64,000 nt of DNA, taken from sequence record NC_042013.1. One strand, given 5' to 3'. Numbering within the stretch: position 1 is the stretch's first letter; the number at the start of each line of letters is the position of its first letter. Both the position numbers and the translations under genes were made by a program. Shown here piece by piece: positions 1-12,600 of the stretch. The notes beneath the pieces were generated by a model. It searched no databases. It saw only the letters and a program-made list of their open reading frames with translations, and had not been told where the DNA came from.

Positions 1-309
1 CGTAATTCCGATATTTGGTTCTCTTAGAGCAATCCAAGCATTAGGACTGTTAGGATCACGCACCAATACACCGGCATTTTCCCCTTTAAAGGGAAACATG
101 ATTCTAGACCAATACGCATTAGGATTTGGAAATTCGTCACTCGGTGCAACTAGAGGAATATTGTCGCTATTACTCCAAATTTGACGTTGCATAATAGGAG
201 AATTGGACGCATATCGTTCATTATACGATTGTTTACTTGTGCCGGTAGATGTTACATTTTTTGACTTTTTCCAAAGGATGTCAATTTTTTGTTCGTTATT
301 TAACGCCAT
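1..309 (-). CDS. Virion structural protein, 5' part (runs off window)
   Basis: Manual translation MALNNEQKIDILWKKSKNVTSTGTSKQSYNERY..., open to base 1; resembles N-terminus of 311..2449 (KKIDLLWKK..KQPYEE). Confidence 0.8.
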   Translation of the reverse strand, partial: MALNNEQKIDILWKKSKNVTSTGTSKQSYNERYASNSPIMQRQIWSNSDNIPLVAPSDEFPNPNAYWSRIMFPFKGENAGVLVRDPNSPNAWIALREPNIGIT

Positions 310-310
310 A

Positions 311-2449
311 TTATACTCCTAAAAATCTCAATCCAGTAATAGCATTCCCTTGAGACATTTCAAATCTAACTAATATGATGTTATTTAAATTTGCCGAGCT
401 ACTTGTTTCACCGAATGTTACTCTAATAGTTTGTGTTCCACCAAACGCTGGTTTACCAATTGCACACCCACCGGGTACATCTTTACCGGGTGTTCCATAT
501 CCAGCATATGGTTCTCTTGCGGAAATCCAACCATTAACAGCATACGGATACGCTCCTGTTTCCGGTAATGAAATATAAAGATTTGTATAAGTACCCTCAA
601 CGTCAATAATAAAATCATTTACGGCAGCACGTCTAATCGCAAATGTAATGAATTGCGAATCATCTTTATTAGAATAATTTGGTCCAGTAGGAAGTGCATC
701 GGTATAATCAGTTTTATCAAAACGAATTGCACCACCAACTATCGAGGCATCCCCTGTTTCAGTTTCTGCAAGAGAATCCCATGTTGTAGGAAGATCATTC
801 CCATATGTCCATACAGGGAAACGTTCGTTTTCCATCGGAATGCGTGTGGCAAATAAATTACCACCTTCAACCAATTCACCCATGTTTATAACTGGAATTC
901 CAGATTCCATAACCGGACTCATATCAAGAGTTTGTTCAACACCGTTCATAATATTAACAAGTTGCGGTATAACAAATTCGTTCGATCCATTTGCATTACG
1001 TGCAGATGCCTCAAAATTAATACTACCGTGAGCATTACGTCCATCGGCCATTTCAGTTTCGAAAATGACACCATTCACATCATAACCAGAACCTTTTTCA
1101 AGAACATCTGGTAATCCAAAATTACCGGGAACGGCATAAGCCGGTTCACCAACCTTAGTAGGAACAGTACGATATTCTATATTTTTAGTAGAAAGCGTCA
1201 AATTAGTTGCAAGATCGGCAACAGATGTTTCAAATACAAAATTTGTTCCCTGACCATAGTGTGGGATTCCAGATGACATAACGATTGTTTCAGTACCTTC
1301 AACAACCGCAACAGTTGCGTCATTAATGGTCGGAATAGTAAGATCGGTTTCTCTATAAAAATACAATTCGCTGGTTTCGCCAGTCTGACTATGTTTCATA
1401 GAAATTGAATTAAGGTTGTCTGTTGCCGTAAGATCAATTACTCGAGCAACGATACCTTGACGAAAACCGGGGAAATCTGCGGGCATAGAAACATCAGACA
1501 TAATCTGCAAATTACCATAGGTGCCAACGTTAGAACTTCCAGTTAACGTGACATCAGCAATTGTAGAGTTATTATGATCTAACGTCAAAATACCGGAATT
1601 ACCATTACCAAAAGGCCCAATAGGCAATGTTTCTACTTTTGTTCCAATAAGTTTATCAATCGCAAAACCAGCTTCTGGTAGATTTAGAGTCACATCCCCT
1701 GCATCATATCCATCCGCGAGAACAATTCTTGCATCCATAAAAGTAGTTGATACGGCAGGAATAGTCAATGAAAATTCACTGATAGGGTCTGGACCTTTAG
1801 GGATGAATTGGTTTAATGCACGGTTAAGACCGTCAACCGCATCTGCAATAGTTGTCTCATTCGAAACAAAATAATCAAGGTAGCCGCCTACGTATGATCC
1901 ACTCGTTGGCTCGCGAATAACATCAACTGTATCACCTGTAAAAATAGGTCCAACACCTTTTTTACCAATATAACGATATCCTGAAACATAAAGAGTTGTA
2001 TAAGTAGTACCTTCAGGGAACCATAAAATACCGGCAGAATAATCAAATACCCAAGAATTGTTTACCTCATTTGGATAAACACGGGTAGTTCTTGCAGCAT
2101 CACTATAAACCTTAACTTCATATAGTGGTGATTTGCTAAAAGGAATAAAATCGCGTAAACGATTAGATTCTATAGTAGGCTGGTTAGGATTAATAACACA
2201 CAAGAATGTCGATTTAGTATTATCGGTTGGATCAAGAACCAACGTATGATCCGCAAGAACGGTGATACCGGGAACCTCCGTTGGGATTGCCGGAATGCTT
2301 AAGTCCTCTTGCCAAATATCAGAACTGAAAAATGAAATTTCACTTTTTTCGTGTTCTTCGTAAGGTTGTTTAGTTACGGACGTTTCAGATACACCGTAAT
2401 TAATCTTTTTCCAAAGGAGGTCGATTTTTTTATTAAAATCAATAGTCAT
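311..2449 (-). CDS. Putative virion structural protein (712 aa)
   Basis: Long Gly/Thr/Ser-rich ORF in tail gene block; paralogous to 2452..4536 (DAVDGLNR/DAIDELNR, SSGIPHY, VGGAIRF/VGGVLKF). Confidence 0.7.
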   Translation of the reverse strand: MTIDFNKKIDLLWKKINYGVSETSVTKQPYEEHEKSEISFFSSDIWQEDLSIPAIPTEVPGITVLADHTLVLDPTDNTKSTFLCVINPNQPTIESNRLRDFIPFSKSPLYEVKVYSDAARTTRVYPNEVNNSWVFDYSAGILWFPEGTTYTTLYVSGYRYIGKKGVGPIFTGDTVDVIREPTSGSYVGGYLDYFVSNETTIADAVDGLNRALNQFIPKGPDPISEFSLTIPAVSTTFMDARIVLADGYDAGDVTLNLPEAGFAIDKLIGTKVETLPIGPFGNGNSGILTLDHNNSTIADVTLTGSSNVGTYGNLQIMSDVSMPADFPGFRQGIVARVIDLTATDNLNSISMKHSQTGETSELYFYRETDLTIPTINDATVAVVEGTETIVMSSGIPHYGQGTNFVFETSVADLATNLTLSTKNIEYRTVPTKVGEPAYAVPGNFGLPDVLEKGSGYDVNGVIFETEMADGRNAHGSINFEASARNANGSNEFVIPQLVNIMNGVEQTLDMSPVMESGIPVINMGELVEGGNLFATRIPMENERFPVWTYGNDLPTTWDSLAETETGDASIVGGAIRFDKTDYTDALPTGPNYSNKDDSQFITFAIRRAAVNDFIIDVEGTYTNLYISLPETGAYPYAVNGWISAREPYAGYGTPGKDVPGGCAIGKPAFGGTQTIRVTFGETSSSANLNNIILVRFEMSQGNAITGLRFLGV

Positions 2450-2451
2450 TT

Positions 2452-4536
2452 TTAAGCTCCTTGCTCGTTTTCGCGATATAGTGATGTAATTGAATCACCA
2501 TCGCCAAGAACGAACTGAATAAGAATAAGGTTATCGTCTGAAAACGCGGTAGAAATAGAGCCAAAGCTTATATCGTAACGATTACCAATATGACCAACTA
2601 GACATCCGTTATTGAACACGCTCGTACCGGGCCATGAACCGGGAGCAAAATCGGAATACTTTTTCATATCGAACCAGCCGTTTGTAGTGTTCGATAAATC
2701 AAAATTAGTATCAACACCGGGTAATTTGATATACGCCTCTTTAAAAGTTCCATCAATAATAAGTGTTAGGTTATTTGTAATTGTTTTTAGTTTAAAACAA
2801 GCGAATTGCTCCGTACCAGTTCTGACAGATAAATCTGGTCCTGAAGGTTGATACGTTGAATAATTTTCTTTTGAGAATTTCAAAACACCACCAACAACAA
2901 CCGCTGCATTATCATCCATATCACCAGCATCAAAATCTTCTGCATAAGTTATACCAGATGGAATAACCGGCTGTGCGGTATTGGGAATAGATTGACGTTT
3001 CGGATTAGTTTCTTCATACTCGGTTGGAACTATTTCAGATATACCGTCACCTAAAAATTCCGAGAGATAATTTACGTTGGCAAGATCAACAACCGTTGAA
3101 TTAAAAGCATTATTAACTTTAGCTGTAACAGGACCAGAATATCCATAAAGATTTCTAACAGATGCCGTTGTAAATGTTGCCTCAACTGTTACAACACCCT
3201 GATTTCTATCAAAAATTTCAGGAGTTCCAAATTCACCAGCTTTTACAGAATATTCGTTAAGATTATTATCAAATATAAAAGAATCAATTTCAACAATTTT
3301 AGTCGTTGGGTATGTATTAAGAGCTACCTTGTTAATTTCAGCAGTATAACCAATACCATCAATTTTACTATAGTGAGGTATACCGCTTGAATAAACGATA
3401 TCTTCACCGGCAATATTTGTAGAAATTACTTCCATTTCAGGTAAAGTTAAACTATCCTCGCCAATTATAAGCGCGGAAGTATTTCCAGTAAATGTATTAC
3501 TTATTACGAATTCATTAATGTCTGCCACCAATGGAGCGGTTGCTGAAAATGTAATAGCAGACCAAACACCGTTTACTTCAGTATTTGATACAATGTTCAA
3601 CCCGTTATAGCTACCACTTTGATCTGTATCGTCTAATGGCAATGAATAATTTACCGCTCCATTAACGGTAAACTCAATGTTGCCACGGTCGCCAATGATC
3701 AAGTTTGGTGTTACAACTGTACTTGTAGTTAATAAATTTCGTGTAGGATGAATGATTGTTCCAGCAGGAATTGGTCTACCAGAATTATTTGTAAATGTTC
3801 CTTGGGTAAGGGCCATTGCGGAGAATGAAAGATCGGAATAATCATTAATTAAAGGACTACCCTCGTTAATTAATAATGTATATTCAGAAAACTTCTTAGG
3901 ACGCTCTGGTGAAATTTTTAGAACAAAACGGTTTAGTTCGTCAATCGCATCAGTAAATGTTGTTTCATCCTCAGTCCAATAAACAACCGCGCCGCCGCGA
4001 ATATCACCGGAGGATGCATTATTGAGATATTCGCTACCTCCACCAAATTCAAACTCGCCCGTATAAAAAAAGCGAGTTTGAAGGTTAGCCTGCATTTGCG
4101 GAGGCATGTAGAAATCTGGAACTGGACCAATAAGAGGGAGGCCATTCTCATCTATCTCAAATACAATACCAGCAACGTCCGGTCCTATGCCGGAACCCGA
4201 ACCTTCTGGATCATTAAGAAGATTGTATATGTTAACGTCCTCGACGTTTACAATGATTGTTGCCGAATCAACAACCTCTACGATTTCTTTAATACGATTT
4301 GCTACACCATTAGTAGAGGTTGAAAGCCATTGTCCAACCTCTATGTTATAAGCATCTAATGGCACAGGATATTGATAATCGCTATGGTATATAGGTGTGA
4401 CCGTTAATTGCACTTTGTAAACATATGGAAATCCTACCCACGTAAAGGTAGGATCAATTGTCTCATCAATATATTCAACGGGTCCAATGAACTGTTGTTC
4501 AATTTGAAACGTTTTCAAAGGTGCCTTGTTTGCCAC
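2452..4536 (-). CDS. Putative virion structural protein (694 aa)
   Basis: Paralog of 311..2449 over C-terminal ~500 aa. Confidence 0.7.
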   Translation of the reverse strand: MANKAPLKTFQIEQQFIGPVEYIDETIDPTFTWVGFPYVYKVQLTVTPIYHSDYQYPVPLDAYNIEVGQWLSTSTNGVANRIKEIVEVVDSATIIVNVEDVNIYNLLNDPEGSGSGIGPDVAGIVFEIDENGLPLIGPVPDFYMPPQMQANLQTRFFYTGEFEFGGGSEYLNNASSGDIRGGAVVYWTEDETTFTDAIDELNRFVLKISPERPKKFSEYTLLINEGSPLINDYSDLSFSAMALTQGTFTNNSGRPIPAGTIIHPTRNLLTTSTVVTPNLIIGDRGNIEFTVNGAVNYSLPLDDTDQSGSYNGLNIVSNTEVNGVWSAITFSATAPLVADINEFVISNTFTGNTSALIIGEDSLTLPEMEVISTNIAGEDIVYSSGIPHYSKIDGIGYTAEINKVALNTYPTTKIVEIDSFIFDNNLNEYSVKAGEFGTPEIFDRNQGVVTVEATFTTASVRNLYGYSGPVTAKVNNAFNSTVVDLANVNYLSEFLGDGISEIVPTEYEETNPKRQSIPNTAQPVIPSGITYAEDFDAGDMDDNAAVVVGGVLKFSKENYSTYQPSGPDLSVRTGTEQFACFKLKTITNNLTLIIDGTFKEAYIKLPGVDTNFDLSNTTNGWFDMKKYSDFAPGSWPGTSVFNNGCLVGHIGNRYDISFGSISTAFSDDNLILIQFVLGDGDSITSLYRENEQGA

Positions 4537-4554
4537 TTCTATTTTTCCTTTTAA

Positions 4555-6684
4555 TTAAAATACAAACCACAAACGCGCACGTTTGAAAGTTGGTGAACCA
4601 ACATACGAAAATGAGGTATTCGTAAAAGTAACTTCGTTTGGAATGGTTGTATCATAATTAAGCAAGTTTGTCGTTTGCGATGGTGGACGAGATGTCCAAT
4701 TAGTTGCACCGTTCTGACCAAAAATCAATATCTGCTTAGGAATACCAGTAAATGATCCCATATTCAAACGAATACCATTAGGTGTCTGTGGAGTTCCTGT
4801 CCAACCAGCAGGTAGCGATTCAAATGAAATATTGTTATCATTGTCAAACGTGATAATAACTTCAAAATACTGCGCGCCACCGCCAGATGGGGGATTTACC
4901 CAAGCAACCGCTCCATCAGTAGCGGAAGTTTTAGCAAGAACCTGACCAGTTGTACCACCGGGAGGAACACTTGCAGAAGCAACCCAAGCAACAGCGCCAT
5001 CAACGTTAGAAGTCTTTGCAAGAACTTGACCTGTTGTACCACCATTTGGAACGCCGGGAGCAGTACGCCATTCTAACGCACCATCAGCATTGGAAGTCTT
5101 AGCGAGGAATTGGCCTGTTGTACCACCGGATGGTACGCCAACTGATGCCCAAGTTACCGCACCATCAACGTTAGATGTTTTAACAAGAACCTGACCAGTT
5201 GTACCACCATTTGGAACGCCGGGAGCAGGTGACCAAACAACACCAGAAGCTGTTTTTGTTAATACGTTCCCTGTTGTTCCAGTTGTTGGAATTTCGGTTG
5301 GAACGTTAGCCCAAGCAACCGCGCCATCAGCACTTGAAGTTTTGGTTAATACCTGCCCCATCGCTCCACCGGGAGGAACGCCTTCGCCATCAGTACCATC
5401 TGCACCAGCGGGTCCGGTATCACCTTTATCGCCTTTTTCGCCTTGTGGGCCTACGGGTCCAACTGGACCTACTGGACCGGTAGCACCGGTTGGTCCGGTC
5501 GCGCCAGTATCACCTTTTGGTCCAACTGGACCTATTGGTCCTTGAACGCCTTGCGGGCCAGCAGGACCAGCAACACCGGTCAAGAAGCCATAATCAGTCC
5601 AAGTATCAGTTGCCGCGTCGTAACGAATTACGTGACGCTCCATATCACCCTCAATACCGGGAGGAAGTTGATTGTCCGCACGTAAATCACCATTAGGATT
5701 AACGAGGAAAATAAGGTCAACACCAGCAGCTTCAATCTGTGCAATTTTAGCTTCATCAAGATCGCCATATTCGTCTGGAACAAGACCAGCGCCGGGTGTT
5801 CCTTGTGGTCCAATTGGGCCTTGTTCACCGGGTTCACCCTGCGGGCCTTCTGGTCCAACCGCACCAACCGCATACAAACCGTTAGGACGTGCTTCAATAA
5901 TGTTATCTTCGTCTGTTGAAATCTTAACATCAAGTTTGAAAGATTCAGAATTAGCAAACGTAGGGTCAACCAAACCAAGGGCGGAATCGTATCCGTCACC
6001 GGTAACAGAAATTGTGTCGGTTTCATCAATAATAACAGATGGAATCATTACGGTTCCATGTGTTTGACCAAACGCAGGCTCAAGTTCAGAATAAATGTTT
6101 TTCAAACGTGGATCGCCGCCAAGAGTAGCAGCATCTGTAAGATCAATTTTAACGTCTAAAGGATCAGCGTCCGTTCCGTTACCAACCAGATAAACGCTAC
6201 TATCGGTTTCCGCGATTACAACTTCAGCCGAAGCGTCAACATCAACAAATTCAAGGCCGGTTCCATCTTCCTTAACACGAAGGAATTTACCTTCAGTGCC
6301 AGCAGGAAAATCAGATGGTGTTAAAAGATAATCGCTAAGATCGGGGAGGTCTTCAGCCGTTGTTGAAACAACAATTTCTGAACCTACTGATTCAACCGTC
6401 ACATTTCCTACGCCACGGATACTTCTAAAATTAAAAAAATTACCAGTACGGTTCACATATACTCCCGCACCGTTACCAACGTTATTCATCATAATAGCGT
6501 CAAGTAACTGCTGAAGTTGTGCACCGGTATCAGTTGTCGGTGTTACGATTCCCGTAGCGCCTTCAGAACCACTACCGGGACGGCGTCCAACAACGTCTGC
6601 GGGAGACGTAGTACCGCCTTGGTTTAGATATGTGAAGAGTTCGCCAGTGCCGGGAGAAATACCGGTTTGTTCCAAAGTGCTCAT
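4555..6684 (-). CDS. Collagen-like tail fibre protein with [10 protein letters not shown] repeats
   Basis: Two G-X-Y tracts plus six [15 protein letters not shown]..DGAVxW-type repeats. Confidence 0.85.
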   Translation of the reverse strand: MSTLEQTGISPGTGELFTYLNQGGTTSPADVVGRRPGSGSEGATGIVTPTTDTGAQLQQLLDAIMMNNVGNGAGVYVNRTGNFFNFRSIRGVGNVTVESVGSEIVVSTTAEDLPDLSDYLLTPSDFPAGTEGKFLRVKEDGTGLEFVDVDASAEVVIAETDSSVYLVGNGTDADPLDVKIDLTDAATLGGDPRLKNIYSELEPAFGQTHGTVMIPSVIIDETDTISVTGDGYDSALGLVDPTFANSESFKLDVKISTDEDNIIEARPNGLYAVGAVGPEGPQGEPGEQGPIGPQGTPGAGLVPDEYGDLDEAKIAQIEAAGVDLIFLVNPNGDLRADNQLPPGIEGDMERHVIRYDAATDTWTDYGFLTGVAGPAGPQGVQGPIGPVGPKGDTGATGPTGATGPVGPVGPVGPQGEKGDKGDTGPAGADGTDGEGVPPGGAMGQVLTKTSSADGAVAWANVPTEIPTTGTTGNVLTKTASGVVWSPAPGVPNGGTTGQVLVKTSNVDGAVTWASVGVPSGGTTGQFLAKTSNADGALEWRTAPGVPNGGTTGQVLAKTSNVDGAVAWVASASVPPGGTTGQVLAKTSATDGAVAWVNPPSGGGAQYFEVIITFDNDNNISFESLPAGWTGTPQTPNGIRLNMGSFTGIPKQILIFGQNGATNWTSRPPSQTTNLLNYDTTIPNEVTFTNTSFSYVGSPTFKRARLWFVF
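4890..5390 (-). repeat. Six imperfect coding tandem repeats (~22-29 aa)
   Basis: Repeated gttgtaccacc..ggaacgcc units encoding [21 protein letters not shown]; boundaries approximate. Confidence 0.85.
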
Positions 6685-6710
6685 ATAAAGTCTCCTAAAC
6701 TACTTTTAAG

Positions 6711-6717
6711 TATTTAT
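6711..6717 (-). promoter_or_regulatory. T4-like late promoter box (ATAAATA)
   Basis: ATAAATA 27 nt upstream of fibre gene ATG, followed by AGGAG RBS. Confidence 0.55.
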
Positions 6718-6718
6718 T

Positions 6719-6958
6719 TCAACTCGAAAAAGCAGGGTTTGTAACAATGCTAAAATTGTTACAACTGGAACAGTAAAATTCCATTTTCCTAAAGACTAAG
6801 CCTTCCGAATTCATTTTGATAACAGAATTACAGTGTGGACAAGTAAAATTCCAAGCACCAACTATCATTCGATCATAAGTAACGGCAGGTTTTTCAAATT
6901 TTAACTTACCGTTACTTAAATCCTGTACTGCGTTCGGAAAGGAAATTATTTCTGACAT
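6719..6958 (-). CDS. Small zinc-ribbon protein
   Basis: CPHC...CSSC motif pair. Confidence 0.65.
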   Translation of the reverse strand: MSEIISFPNAVQDLSNGKLKFEKPAVTYDRMIVGAWNFTCPHCNSVIKMNSEGLVFRKMEFYCSSCNNFSIVTNPAFSS

Positions 6959-6997
6959 TTTATCAAGTCCATTTCTAAACGCCTCTCACATTAATAT

Positions 6998-9628
6998 TTA
7001 CGTTTGAATGAACGTGCGTTTTGCTAACCACACGCTTCCAATATTTTCAAATTCGTAAACGGTTATGGAATTTGCTGCGGTTGCAACAGCAGGCATCGAT
7101 CCTGCATTATCCCAAACAATAGTGCCATTACTCGTGAAGTCTAATGTTCTACCACCCGTAGCATCTTGCGTAACAACAATCTTAATAGGAACAATAATAT
7201 TTCTTGGATAAATTGTGTTAACAATTGGCAGTGCAATAGACGCATTACCCGTCAATGTAAGGTTATAAGCTGAACAGCTTGTAGAAAGAGTTTGGTTTCC
7301 ACTAACCGATAAACTTTTATATTGAATGGATGTATCTGTTAGATACGATTCTATGAAACCAAAACGATCACCGTTAACAGTATCAAAATCAACATAGCGT
7401 TTTACATTAACAAATTCGTATGAAGCCGTTCCTGTTTTATTAACAATAACATTACCATATCCAAGGTCACCCTTGAAATTAAATGAAACATTTGTTAAAA
7501 ACAGAGCGTTCGTATTGGATGCATTTGCAGTGCTTATCAATCCCTTTTTATGGATATCGTAATCCTCAGGATCGTCGCCATCTGGAACTGAATCGTAATC
7601 GTCATCAGTATAGATACCAATAACTTGTTCAATGTTGCTAACCTCGAGATATCCGCCACGATGATTAAACGATTCAATGTGGGTTGCATTGTTAACAATT
7701 GTTTTAGAACCGGGACCGCAATCGATAGACAAGCGTTCATCATCATTAGTAATCGGATTGTTCACCATTACTCCAAATGATCCAACGTCATCAGGATTTA
7801 GAGGATCAACGCCTTCTGTCATGTTATTGACGATAGTTCCCATAAACGTACAAGAATTGAAAATAATACGTCCAGTAGCTTCACCCTGTAGTAATGCAAC
7901 AGGCAAGCAACGATCAAATTCATCGTAGTATCTTACAAATTTACAATTAGAAATATCAACATTACCGATACCACCTGCACCAGAAATATTGTAAACATTT
8001 GGGTTATCAAGAGCACTATACATATCAAACGTAATATCATCAATGGATACATTATCAACATTTGAAAGAGTCATCGTTCCACGAACAATTGTATGTTCGG
8101 CAGTAAGCAATGATGTCATCTTAAGATTTTTACGGTTAATACTAATGTTTTCAGCATATGTACCCGGCAACAAAAGTAATCTCTTAATAGAGTTGTCATC
8201 CGTTGGTAAACGAGAAATAGCATAGGTAATAGTTCTATATGGTCTATTAGATGTTCCAGCCGTTGGTTCATCAATACCATAGTTTGAATCAACAAATGCA
8301 ACATCAGGCATAGTGAACGTAATATCTCTAACAGTAGCACGGCCATACGAGGTGAAGTTTTGTAAAGGTATAAAGTCTTGATCAACAATAGGAGTTCTTG
8401 ATGGTAGCTTTAATACATTAAGATTTACGCTTCCAGTAGATGTAATACCTGAAATTGGGTTGGTATCTATACCAATACCGGGGGTCACCGATGTAACACC
8501 ACTATATTGAGAAAAATCAATTGTTTCCCAATACATATTACCGCCAGCACCTGTTCTTAGAAATGCATTTGTAGGACCGGGAGCGGGAGGCATTGATTGG
8601 CCGTTAAAGGTGATCTTGCCGTTATTGCTTGTTTGTAAAACAATTCCGGTATTTCCGCCAATAATCTTTTTACCATTAACATCAAGATCGCCACCAAGAA
8701 CAGGAGCAGGGTCTTCTGAAACTTTAGTAAGATAGATAGTACCGCTTTGAACAGACGTTACTAATTTTGTATAATCAATTTTGTAATGTGTTGCCGAGGT
8801 TGGATCATAAACAAGAGCAAGAGTATTTGATTGAACATCTTGCAATGGGTATACATCAAGGTTATTAATGTCCAATGAAACTTCGGGATATTCGTTATCG
8901 GTGTTATCGACATTGATACCTGCGCCTTGCTGTATTTGAATAACTTCAGCAAGATTTTCTACAACAGGTGGCAATCTAAACCAACGCAAGGAGTGAGTAG
9001 TTCCAAATAGAGGGTTCCACGTTAGAACCCACGTATCTGCTGGACTAAATGTATTTGTAGGCAACGGAAATTCGGATGAAACACCAGATGCATTACCAGC
9101 AAGAATGCTACCCTTAGCCATAGGATAATCTTTAATACCAGCATTAAACGTATTGGTTCCAGTTGATACCAAAGTACCATATTCATCAAACGTGAATGAT
9201 GGAGTTGTTAATGTTACAAGATTATTAAGAGTCGGGGTTGTTGTAGCGGTAGAACCGAATGTACCGACTACTGATGGTCTGGTTGGCTTAACTGTTGTTG
9301 ATACTTGCGTAACTCTACCTTTAGAATCAACAGTCAACGTGATATCGTTTCCGGCAGAGGTATAGGTTCCAGCCGTAACACCTGACGCAGCAAGTTGTAA
9401 GTTAATTGCGCTTGGATTAGCTGAATTCAGACCAAGCTGGCCACTAGTACCGGTCGCATCTCCAATGATACTAATCGTCTTAGTTTGTAAATTGGATAAT
9501 TCAACCGCTGCCACCGCAAGATTGTTTTTTAGCATTCTGGTATTATCGCGAAATCCCTGCGAGGACTGGTTGACACCCGCAATAGGAAAGTTTTCATTAA
9601 TACCTGAAACGTTAATATTAGATGCCAT
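6998..9628 (-). CDS. Tail fibre/spike protein with putative right-handed beta-helix
   Basis: VTAGTYT..TVDSKGRV fibre motif; FVDSNYG..GT..PYRTI.YAI...LLPGTYAE pectin-lyase-like cap; C-terminal TQDATGGRTL fibre motif. Confidence 0.7.
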   Translation of the reverse strand: MASNINVSGINENFPIAGVNQSSQGFRDNTRMLKNNLAVAAVELSNLQTKTISIIGDATGTSGQLGLNSANPSAINLQLAASGVTAGTYTSAGNDITLTVDSKGRVTQVSTTVKPTRPSVVGTFGSTATTTPTLNNLVTLTTPSFTFDEYGTLVSTGTNTFNAGIKDYPMAKGSILAGNASGVSSEFPLPTNTFSPADTWVLTWNPLFGTTHSLRWFRLPPVVENLAEVIQIQQGAGINVDNTDNEYPEVSLDINNLDVYPLQDVQSNTLALVYDPTSATHYKIDYTKLVTSVQSGTIYLTKVSEDPAPVLGGDLDVNGKKIIGGNTGIVLQTSNNGKITFNGQSMPPAPGPTNAFLRTGAGGNMYWETIDFSQYSGVTSVTPGIGIDTNPISGITSTGSVNLNVLKLPSRTPIVDQDFIPLQNFTSYGRATVRDITFTMPDVAFVDSNYGIDEPTAGTSNRPYRTITYAISRLPTDDNSIKRLLLLPGTYAENISINRKNLKMTSLLTAEHTIVRGTMTLSNVDNVSIDDITFDMYSALDNPNVYNISGAGGIGNVDISNCKFVRYYDEFDRCLPVALLQGEATGRIIFNSCTFMGTIVNNMTEGVDPLNPDDVGSFGVMVNNPITNDDERLSIDCGPGSKTIVNNATHIESFNHRGGYLEVSNIEQVIGIYTDDDYDSVPDGDDPEDYDIHKKGLISTANASNTNALFLTNVSFNFKGDLGYGNVIVNKTGTASYEFVNVKRYVDFDTVNGDRFGFIESYLTDTSIQYKSLSVSGNQTLSTSCSAYNLTLTGNASIALPIVNTIYPRNIIVPIKIVVTQDATGGRTLDFTSNGTIVWDNAGSMPAVATAANSITVYEFENIGSVWLAKRTFIQT

Positions 9629-9633
9629 ATCAA

Positions 9634-12600
9634 TTACCTATGTTGGTTCGCTGCTCTATCAGCAAGAATATTTTTATCATCTTTAGGGAACTTATAATAT
9701 TTCCCAAGTTCTACCGTTGATAAATCGAATATCGTTGCTTGCGAATACATCGAAAAATCTTCATTATTCCATGCAGGGATGTTAGGATCATCGAAATGTG
9801 TTGTAGGCACACCATTAACCACATCAAACTGCGTCGATACACCTTCTTCGAACTTGGATATATAATATCTATCCACCTCAAAAATTGTACCAATAATTTT
9901 TTCATTATATCCAGTATTTACAATAGCGTTCAAAATCGTTCGACCATAACCCGGCTGCGCATAAGCTAATATGATTCCCGGTTCATACCCACCAATTGAT
10001 CTCATCCATAATGGCAAACCTTCATTATTCGCAAGGCCGGGAGCATCGCGATTGTCAGAAGTATTAATAAAATCTTGGCGAACATTTTCTAACGAATTCG
10101 GGAAATAACGTTGATTTCCTGTATTTTCATTGTAATAATCCACGTCATATGGATTTTTTTGAACCTCGAGGAGTTGCTGTTCAGCACCATTATCAAAGCC
10201 ACCGGCTTTCCTCATTTGGTCCACGATACTAATATAAACAACATCATAAATGTGTTTGTTCGTTTCTGGCTCGTACACAGAAACCGTTTTTAGAGGCCCA
10301 AGGATAAGATTCATACGAAGATGGTAATCATCTAAGAAATCCATAATCTTCGCGTCAGTGGCCGTGTTTAGGCCGTTTACGATATACAGATATTGCTCTT
10401 TGGGTAGACCAAAATTAGGATCGGTTAGTCTAAAAATTTTAGTTCTATCGAATGAATTGTTTGACCATGCAAAAGTACCAAGATCAATACGTTGATATCC
10501 AGTTACGTTTGCTCTAACATTCATGATTGCAACGTTGTCATAGATATCGATAACTCTGATTGAAAAAATTCTATCAACATATCTGGAACCTACGCGTGCA
10601 CGAATGGTAAAGGTGTATGTCACATCAGCCTCGACCAATGGTGCTTTTCCTTTTATCAATCCAGTTTCCGCATCAAGATCAAGTCCCGCTGGCAAATCAC
10701 CAGAACCGGGAGCTAAGGTATACGTTATCGGTGCGCCAGATGCAGACTTAGCCTCAACGTAACAATAACTTGGATACGTTTCAAATAAGCGACCAATTTC
10801 ACCGGCAGGAGTAATCCATAGGATTTGATCGCCATCACTAATAGTGGATATTTCTTCACGAACAATTATTGCAAATTTTTGACTAATGGAATAACCGTGT
10901 GGATCGGTAACCTCTATGATGAAATAATATGTCCCAAGCTCTTCGGCTGGATCAACAATACCACGCAAGTTACCATTACTATCAATTCTAAGTTCTGTCG
11001 GAAGTTCCCCATTAAAGACGCCAGCACCGGGAATTATTTCAGTGATAGGATGAATAGTGTATTCGAGATAATCATTATCTGGATTTTCAACCTCTATCAA
11101 AGTAGAATACGAATTTCCTTGACCTGCAACTGGTAATTCAAGAACGCCGGGATAATTAACAGGATCAATTTCAAACAAACTCGACAACCAAATGTCCACG
11201 AACTTGTGATATTCATTTACATATTCACCAGTTAATGAAAAATAACGTTCAGCAATCAACCCATTTGACGCTGTAGCGCGAATAACAAATTCATAAAGGG
11301 TTGTGCTTGATGTGTAAGGAATCGCGCCTACGATGCCCTCTAAGTACCCTACGTTGCCGTTTTGTGATAGCACAATACCGGGCGGAAGAGAACCAGAGAT
11401 TGGTGACATGCTAAATGTTATCGGTAAATTATCTTCCTGAGACACAACAAAAGAAATGATACTCTGATTTAAAATATCACCTTTTTTAATGTTATAGGAT
11501 AGCAATTTTCCAGTATCTGGCGAAACCCAAACAGGAGGAGTTGGAACGTTTTTCACCAAAATATTAAATCGTTTATAAGATATGATACGGTTATCAGTAG
11601 CCGCTAACATAAACGTAGAGGTCGTATCATTTACCAAGTTTGGTGTAGATATATCCAATACCGCTGGCGACTTATATGTCTTATATGCTCCGTTTTCAGA
11701 AACAAGTTCAAATCCTGTATGAACATTGATACCAACTGGAATAACGTCCTCAATATCAGAAACTGTATAAAGTGATTGGTGAAATTCACCGTAATAATCA
11801 GTACAATAAACCGGCACATCATAAGTCAAATAAGATTGCTCATTCATTTCAATAGAGAAATCATCCCATACGAAATCAGTCAACACGTGCCAAATATAAA
11901 GCATTCGATTTGGCGATTGAACATTCGTATTCAAAATGGTTAGCTTGTCACCATTCGCGTCAAAGTAATCATAATCAATACGTGGATTTATTGTCTCAAG
12001 GAGACTAAAGATATTTTTTGTAGAATCATCAATTAAGATTTTTCTAAGTTCATCATTCGTCAATGATGGATTTTGTTCAAGATATAATGCAGCCACGCCA
12101 GACACAAACGGAGCAGCCATCGAAGTTCCGGTTTTGATATCATAACGTTCTTTGGTAAAGTCAGGTATGTCATCACTATAGTAAAGAGAAGCACCATAGA
12201 TATTTTCACCGGGAGCAAAAATGTCAACAACTTCTCCATAGTTACCATTTGCCCAAACAGTGTCTCTGGTCGACGTAATAGTTCCAGACGCGCTAACAAC
12301 GATAGGCTTAATAGATGGATCATACAACGTATCAATAACCGCACCGTTTGCTTGCGTTGATACAACACGTCTCGATCCTGCATTTGCCGGGGATATGAAA
12401 AATGCATCTGTTTTTTGGTTTCCAGCAGAAACAACAAGAATGACACCAGCCGCGATCAACGATGAGGTGAGAACCTCAACCGTTGAAGAAATCTCTGGAG
12501 TTTCCACAATGAAACTCATATTAACAACGGATGGTTTTCCAAGTGTTTGATGTGTTTCAATGATCCAATCAACAGCATCAATTAACTGAATCAACCCGGT

